Source: Octopus sinensis | Lineage: Eukaryota | DNA: 64,000 nt | Direction: 5' to 3' | NCBI RefSeq assembly: GCF_006345805.1 | Contig: NC_042998.1 | Location: 134,788,001-134,852,000 of the forward strand | In this document: one piece after another, positions 53,401-62,400 of the stretch | Layout of the letters: every line of letters starts with the position of its first letter | Numbering within the stretch: position 1 is the stretch's first letter | Translations under genes and position numbers: made by a program | The notes under the pieces: model-generated | Told to the model about the DNA's origin: nothing | Seen by the model: the letters and a program-made list of their open reading frames with translations, nothing else | Database searches by the model: none

Positions 53401-56400
53401 GGGCAATAGTACAAGATATTCAGCCAAGATGTCGTTCAGTGGAAGTGAAGCTGAAAAAATGTGGTTGCAAAGTAAACTCCTTAACCACACAGGTCATTTT
53501 CATTTAATGTCTACAGTTTACATTTCCTTCAAGGAATAACTTATGTAATTCTTTTATTCGTCTTTTGATTAACAGAATAATCATGGGTGGTAATGCTAAT
53601 CTATCCTCCAGTTTAAAACCACTACCTAGCCTTGAGTGCTTTTAATATCCATGAGTTAAGCTTTTACTTTACTTCCCCTCACTAGTCACCCAGGCTCTGC
53701 AAAATGTTCTTGAGCAGAGCCCTCCACTTTTAAATAGGACATAAAATATAAAAAAACTCTTTTAATCTAACCTACCTTCAGAAAAAATGGTTTCGGCAAA
53801 GCTATGAATATTTTGAAAGCGGTGGTTTTATTCTCTTCAAAAGTATCAGTGAGACACTGTAACAAAGTCAATTGTCTTGACTCTGTTACTGTGGACAGCG
53901 GAAACATACTACCGGTCTTGTTATCTGAAAGATTGAAAGCAATTGTTAAAAATTTAAAGGGTAAATAGTGATAATGGTGGTGGTGGAGATGAAGATGGGA
54001 TGGTATTAATGAAAATCATAGTGAGTTGTGTAGTTGTTGATAATGGTGACAATATCATGGTCTGTTGCTGCCAATGCTAACAGCGGCTGATGATGGGGAT
54101 GAACAGGATTGGTCTACTGTGAATAGAAACGTGTGAGTAGTGTACTAATTGCAATTAAATGCAAGCTACTTCCATCTAAACTATATCAGCTGGGGATAAA
54201 ATAAAAAATGATAGTGAGGATGAGATGATCAGGTTTTAAAAATGATAGTGAGGACAAGATGATCAGGTTTTAAAAGACACTTACTGTCAAGAGCTTCTGG
54301 TTTGAAAATATCCACAATGAGTGCGATGATGCTAAGAGCAGTGGTTCGACAAGTGAAGGGAGTTGATGGAAAGATCTTATCCAAAAGCATAGCCATCAAA
54401 TCAGACAAAAATATCTATGAATAGAAAAAGTTAAAATGTTTGGATAAATGAAATTTTGAAGAAAGTATCTTAGGGGACAGATGTTCACTTTTTTTTGTTA
54501 ACCACTGATTTTCACATTAAAAAGATATGACAAGACTTTTACAAAGCTTTTCCTTGAAATGTTACAAAAAATTATATATACATGCACACACACACACACA
54601 CATAGATAGCTGGGGAGGGAACAAACATTTGAATTAAAATTACAACTGTAATCAAGAGAAAGATCATTAGCTTTGGTGATGAATCCTAGTGTAGAAAGAT
54701 AAAAGAAACAACTCCAAAACGTCTCTTACTTTTGTCAACAAAAATTTCAATGTTCCCTTTTCTATGCTCACATGAATTGCACAGAATTTGTTAAGGTAGA
54801 TTTTCTACAGCCAAATGCCCTTCTTGTTGCTAACCCTCACCTGTTACCAAGTAAGGTAATATTTCCCATGAGCAGGAAGTTCACCACCTGCATAATGGTG
54901 ACACTTGTTTATGACAACCACATGATGTCAAAGCAAAGAGACAGTAACACACACACACACATGTATGTATATATATGTGTGTATATATATGGATATATAT
55001 ATTTGTGTGTGTGTATACAGAATGTGGTAAATAGACTGTCGTCTAAATTACGCAAAGATGAAAATAACACTGACATCTCATTTTAACAGATATATTTACC
55101 AAAATTACATAAAAATATACTGAAATACTAAACAGTAAATTTATTCAATAAAATCGTCATTGGCTTCAACCATGGCCGCCAGAAGACTTTGGAATCTCCT
55201 GCAACTCTTCTGGATGATCTCCTTGTTTAAGTTGGTGAATGCTGCCATAATCCTTGCCTTCAGTTCATTTTTGGTGTTACATGGAGTATTGTTGGTTACT
55301 GGCTCAACTGCAACCCACACATCAAGTGGGTTGCAGTCTGGGGAGTTAGGTAGCCAGATGTTAAGAGTGATGTGATCACAGAAATTATCTGACAGCCATG
55401 ACTGGATTCTCTTGCTGGTGTGGCATGGCACAGAGTCCTGTTGCCAAACATAAGGTCTTCCAGCAGCCATCCTCTTGCCCCAGGGCAGCACTACCTCCTC
55501 CAGGCACTTGATGTAGGCCTCCATGCTGAGTCTGAGGACGTGTGGGAAGATGAATGGAGGTGTAATGGAACTGGTTAATTCTTTACACTGTTTGGGTGCA
55601 ACCAATTTCCTTTCTTTAATTTCCAGAAACTACCAGTCAGGAACAAGAACGCAACCTTAAAAATATATATAACTCTTTATTTTCTTATTTACAAAAGAAG
55701 TATGTTGGTATATTGGTATCCACTTGGTTCGATATAGCAAGGCTGAACTTTAACATTCGTAAGATTCTTACAACAAATTCAGCAACAAGAGCAGGTCAAA
55801 TCCTAAGCGTCTGGGACAGGAGAATAGGCTGATCACACGTTTAACACGTCCTTTCTCTTCAATAGCCATGTCTCAAGTCAACGATGCTAACAAGGAACGC
55901 GATAGAATTTTCTTCCCCAGTCTCTTGCGCATGTGCATGAGGGAACTTTCTTAGGCCTTTCCAGAAGGTTCCAGCCCTGCACACGCACACTGAAGAATGA
56001 CGTTCCGCACACGCACACTGAAGAATGACGTTGCGTGTGCGCACACTGGAAAATGACGTCACTACAAAGGCATAACATCACCATCAATAGTGATCACTCC
56101 AGACACCATGATGTTGACTGGAGGTCTGATTTTGATCATTCTTGGTACATGTCCTCAGATTGACACCAAACACTCTGGAAAGTTCATATTGAAGCTTCTG
56201 GTACAAATGCCAATCAGTACGGCATGTCATTTCCAAATTTCTGGCAGATTAAATTGTGTCATGGTGCTGTTTTTCTCACAGAAAGTGCCCAACTGACCCT
56301 ACTATAATGTGTAACCGACAAAATCAAAACTAAACAATGCGCATGCGTGAAATTAAAATATAGAATGGCAACGATTTACTCATCACACACTGTATACATG

Positions 56401-59400
56401 TAGATGTATGTGTGTATGTATATAAATGTATATGTATATATCTGTGTATGTGTGTGTGTGCGCATATATATATAAATATATATATATGATGGACTTCTTT
56501 CAGTTTCCATCCACTAAATATCTCCATACAAAGCCTAATAATTTTTCACTTTAACACAGTGTAAATTAAACATACTTTTGGGTTGCTACATTATGTAACA
56601 ACAAGAAAAAATGTACCAATGGGTGTATAGTGGTGAAACTTGATGTCGCCAAGAGAGAAACTTACCACATAATCTGAATAACTGCAGTGGCCATGTTGGG
56701 TTTCATAAGTCTTTGAGTCATTGGCTTTAATTTGTTCTTTCTTAAGAACTCTGCTGCTTTCCTTCATGCGGACAAACAACTGTAAAATAAATAAGAAAAG
56801 AAAACTTGGGTTATAACTTTCAAAGTGGTTCACCTTATCTTTAAAGGGTATATTTACAACACTTTATAAGATGAGCAACAAAATTATTTATCTTTTGGAA
56901 AATTTTTTATCTTTGTCTTTGCTTTTAGAAGTTTGCACCACCATTGCCATCATCATCATCACAATTTTAACATCCATTTTTTCCATGCTAGCATGGGTTA
57001 GATTGAATTTGTTGAGGTAGACTTTCTGTGACTTGATACTCTTCCTGTAGCCAACTCTCACTCATTTCCAGACAAAGTAATATTTCCCCAAGAGAAAACT
57101 ACAGGATTGAAAATCCAGCTAATTCTCTGGTATGTTAGCTAGTTGGCCCTTTTCTACCCTCTTTTCATCTGTCTGCCTAACTCTCTCTTTATTATTAGGT
57201 CGTCAAATATGAAATTTGTAGCAAAGAAAAAAGTTTGATGTTTTATAAATACAAAGAACAGTTTTATTCATCAAAGTATGCACCCATATTGTCAATACAC
57301 TTTTGCCATTCCAGCGGTAGCTTATCCAGCCTGGAACTGTAAAAGCCTGGCAATCTACAGTCAATAAAATCTTGGAAGGCCTATTTTACAGCATCATCGG
57401 AATTAAATTTTTTTCCTATCAAAAAGTTATCCAAATTCTAGAAGTAGTAGTCAGTGGGAGCAAGATTAAGTAAGTATGGTGGATGATGGAGAACTTCCAA
57501 TTCCAACTCCTATAGTTTTGCCAATGTCATTTTTGCAATGTGTGGTCTGGTGTTGTATTGGATCCATTCCTCATCAAGTTACAATTCAATTCAAAAATGA
57601 TTCATTTTTGTGACAAGAAAGTAGCATAATGCAGGCTTCAAAACGTTGCTGATTCTGATTTTCGTTGAGTTCATGTGGAACCCACTTATCCAACTTTTTC
57701 ACTTTACTGATTTGAACTAGGTGAGTCAATACTGTTTGCTTGCTAACACCAAACAACAGCAATAATTCATGGGCACTTTTAGATGGATCTGACTTGACAG
57801 TGGCTTTGAGTTCATCATTATCCACCTTTGTTTCTGGTTGACCATTTTGTTCATTTGTGAGGTCAAAGTTACCGGAACGAAATTTTGCAAACCAATTTGC
57901 TAATGTCTACTGTGTAATAACATTAAAATGAAATACTCCATTAATATTTCACGCTGTTTGTGATGCTATATTTCCAAGAAAGAACTCATATTTCAAAACT
58001 GTATGAATTTCTGACTTATCTATCTCTAAACAAAAACAGCAAAAAACGATTTATAAATACTTTATAAAGTGCAATAGAATAAAGAAATAGATGCATCAGC
58101 TTTCTAACAAAAAAATAAAGATTGTCAAAATATAATAATGGCACAATATGAGCAGCTGTCAAAGTTTACCATATACCTTACTACAAATTTCATACTTGAT
58201 GACCTAATACATGCATGTGCAAACACATACAAACACACTACGGATTAATTAGATTTATTCTTCAGTATAAAAGTTCAGTCAGAAAATTATGAATTTTTTT
58301 CCACACAAAGATAAACAAAAGGACTTTTAAGTAAAAAAGATGATATAAAAAAAGACATAAAAAGAAACAAAAAAATATACATTTTGAAAATAAATAAGAT
58401 TTCACAATATATAAAAATGTCACCTTCTTGGAATGTGAAATCAGTTCTTGGCGAAAAGCAGGGATTTGGTTATTGATGTTGTGTCTTATAAAACTGAACA
58501 ACAGAGAAAGCTCTTTTTGAGTTAAAGGTTCAGTCATTTTGATGTTCTCACACAACAGTGCATAGGCATCTAGACGAATCTACAAGAAAAATGATAGGAA
58601 AGAGTAACAAATCTGAAGTATGACAGAGTTAATTGTTAACCGATGTTCTATTCCTTAATTGACTGTCAATTAAGGAATAGAACATCAGTTAACAATTAAC
58701 TCTTCATTTTTCATGTTGTGCATTGCATGTAACATGTTAATGGTGATTTGACCAAAAGCAAAGTACTCATAGTATTCTGGTTAGAATAAGGTAGGTATGT
58801 AAAGGTTGCTGCAGTAAAAGCATGCTTGAAATATTAAATCATGTGTCTGAAAGGAGATGACATGATAGCTGCCAACTCTGAGAAGAAGCCATTGTAGTAG
58901 CAGTAAAAATGGCAGTGAGGAGACAGCACATCTGTAGGACAGAGGTTGTTTTTGGATGCAGTCTACATCTAGGATATCTGTACGTGTAGAAACAGGAACA
59001 TCTCAGGTACAGGAGCAGTATTCCATTGGTGACTTAACATGAGTTCCTCACTCTAGCACTCACAGTCTTAGCCATATTTAAAAGAAAGCTATCTACCTGA
59101 TTGAACCTGTATGTATTTATTCAACCTGCTGTATATAGCAGCCAAATCTCCCTCAAATTATATCAGCATTGTAACTCTTTTTGATACCAACCTGCCTGAG
59201 ATTGCTCCTAGTTCTTTAATACAATCTTTCTGTTTTAAAGTGATCTATATTAAAATCTTGTATCAAATTTCATATTGATTTATGTTCCAAACACCAGCTT
59301 AATAATGACAGTTAACTAAATCCTCCACTATTTTCAAAACTAGTTGAAACAAAGTTATGTATTTCAACAGAAATACATTAACTAAAAGGTTAAATAAAAG

Positions 59401-62400
59401 GTCACTTGCTAATGTAACCCTAATGAAACTATGCTTCAAAATGAAGACAAAATGAGCATAGCTGGAGAGCCTTTCATTATAGGTCTGTTTGATCGGGGCT
59501 AACCTGAAGGTAATAACAATAACAGCGACAAGCTGGCAGAGACGTTAGCACGCCGGGCGAAATGCTTAGCTGTAGTTCGTCTGCCGCTACGTTCTGAGAT
59601 CAAATTCCATCGAGGTTGACTTTGCCTTTCATCCTTTTGGGGTTGATTAAATAAGTACCAGTTACGCACTGGGGTTGATATAATTGACTCAATTTGTGTG
59701 ACTGTCTTTGTTTGTCCCCTCTGTGTTTAGCCCCTTGTGGGTAGTAAAGAAATAGGTAATAACAATAACAATCTCTATTTACCCATTAATATGCTTCACT
59801 GTTTCCACTCACTATTTCGCCATAGCTGCTCCTCTGAACTTGCTCACTATATACATTGTTCACCAAACAAATATCACATTCGTCTCTCTACCTCCCACCA
59901 CCATTACTCTTTCTCCCCTCTTAAACTCTATAATAAGCACTCTTCCCAATCCTACCTCATCAGGACTGTCTTCTTCAGTCCCTCCTTCACTGTTTTTCCT
60001 CCATCTATATATAATTTTATAATGACTATCAACTGTCCCTATACACCTTCCCACTCCTGCTAGGACTGTCTGGGAAAGCTATGGGTACTGTCTCTCTTCC
60101 CGGGACTAAAAAAATATAAGGAAAAGAAAAATAGGCAAATTATTAGATACAGTAAGTAGTATTAGTACCTTGGACCGAGCTATAAACATTTGACAATCTA
60201 TGAAAATAATATGTCCAGAAAAAGTTTCCCTTGAAAATTAATGCTAGAGAATAACAAAAATATAAAACAAAATCTGCTATCATCAATACCAAAAATGCTT
60301 AATAGAAATACCTGATTATTTAAATGATTAAGAGCAATATTCAAAACAGAAAATGGAACAACTCCATTCCAGTTTTCGTTGTCTCTGACATCAGTTGATT
60401 TAGGAAGCTGATATAAAACTCCAATAGATTTGGCTCTCCGTAAGCACGTCAGCAAAGCTCCAAGATTTGTAAACTGTTTAAATGTGTTATCTGTAAAATG
60501 CAAATAAAAATGCTGGCAATTGAGAAAGAGAGGGTGGTAAGAAGTTTTAAAAATTGTCCAAAGAGCAAGTTAAAGTTAGGAGAAGAGAAAAAAATTGTAT
60601 AATAAAAGTTGCCCAACTGCAAACATGTTAAAGTAGTCAAGCAGGACAATAGAAGGAATTCATTAATATCTGCAGAGAAACAAGTTATTTTCATCGCTGT
60701 CTTTGGGTGTACAATGACTATGAACTGAGAGATGGTCTTCAGAGAAGCTTGATAAATTAAAATGTCTAGCCTCAAATTAGGGGTACTTGGAGTGTTATTT
60801 GTGAGTCTCAAGTAGGCGCATGCCAAAGTGATCACCTGGCTGACAGATGATTTTACCTACATATAGTGGATTTCCGGAGTTTACAAATAGAAATGGTTGG
60901 TAGAGGCCAATTGGCAGAGTCATTAAAGTGTTGGATAGAATGCTTCACAGAACTTATTCTGATTCACAGTAACCTGAGTTCAAATCCTGCTGAGATAAAC
61001 TTTACATTTGGTCTTTTCAGGGTCAAAAGAGAATTACAAATCCAGGGTAATAGATTGGCAGAACTGTTAGAGATTTGGGTGAGATACTTTGCAGTATATC
61101 TCCTGGCTATTTGCATTCTCAAGGCAATATCTGCAGTGACACAGGTGCCAAGCTGTATTAATCGAAGTTAGCAGTCTTACCCTGGGATAAACATCAACAT
61201 CAGGAGTGTAGACAAGGGAGAGCTGCATATATAGGCAACTGCAAGTTTTTCTTAAAAAACCTACTTTGCTCAGGCAGGTGCATACATAGCAGATACATAG
61301 TCAACTTTGACTGACAGAGACCCTATGAAGGTTGATAGAGGAACAGTCAAAGCTGTCAGTGACTTAGAAGTCTGCTTGCTCTATTTTTTGCTTGACTCCA
61401 CCATGAAGTAATTAACAGGAGGAAAGCCACCCACCTGTAAAAACAACTCCTCTGATACAATAGCTGTAAAATTAATTACTCAACAACTATCACATGACTT
61501 TAATCAAACTACACTGAGTGAATAAAATGGTCAGAGTTAGGAAGGATAGCCAAACAATTCCTCAAATAATCCATCTTCTTAGTGAAAATATAGGAAAAAT
61601 TGTTTAAAGATATAGTGGGTCCAAAACAAATACCAGCTTGATGCCTGGTGCAGATAAGACCATCAAAAGGTGGAACATGAAAAGGGTGCAAAAAATAACC
61701 ATACCACATTGTCTGCTGTGCAGGTTAACAAGGGACATGTTCTTAGGTAGAGGGGACCTTGCTAGTACAACCAGCAATAAGTCTCCAACTTATTCTGGGA
61801 GGCATAGGGTGGTAGTACAAAGAATGTGTATCCTGGGACCCTGAAGTAAGTCCAGGAGGGAACAACAGTTAATTGGAAAAGGAAAGTGTAATGATGGTTG
61901 CCTCTAACAGGACACTACGGAAGAGGTGCCTGAAGACTCTAACCCAACAATGCTCCCAGGAAAAGTGGGCAGAGAAAATGGGTGGATGGAGCTAAAAACA
62001 GAATTGTTGCATAGCTAATTGCTCTATATAAAAAAAACCCTGCTACAAAAGAAGGTACTCAGTACTTGACTAGGAACCAAGAACTATTTTTTATAAAATA
62101 ATGTATTTACCTTGAACATGCTGCCTTGTTGGCCATATTGCTTGTACCATAAACTCCAAGACATGCCTGCTGCTTTTCAATAACTTTGGTAATAAATACT
62201 GTCAATAGAAATTAAGAATTTACTGTATTGTTACCATTGATGTTGATACTGCTGCTGAAGTAGTATTAGTGTCTAATATGTACAACTACAAATAAACATT
62301 ATGAGTCATATGTATGGTGACCAACAGATGTAGTAACCAACAGACATAGAGATCAATAAACTTGGTACAGGCAGAACATTAAAATTAAGAAGTTTGTTTC

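Noticed and set aside
54205-54275. ~35-bp tandem duplication next to an exon donor
   Set aside because: Simple local duplication with no evidence of function.
60449-60835. 128-aa minus-strand ORF abutting a THADA exon
   Set aside because: It is out of frame with the exon, and the adjacent exons already join correctly (phase 1), so it is intronic.
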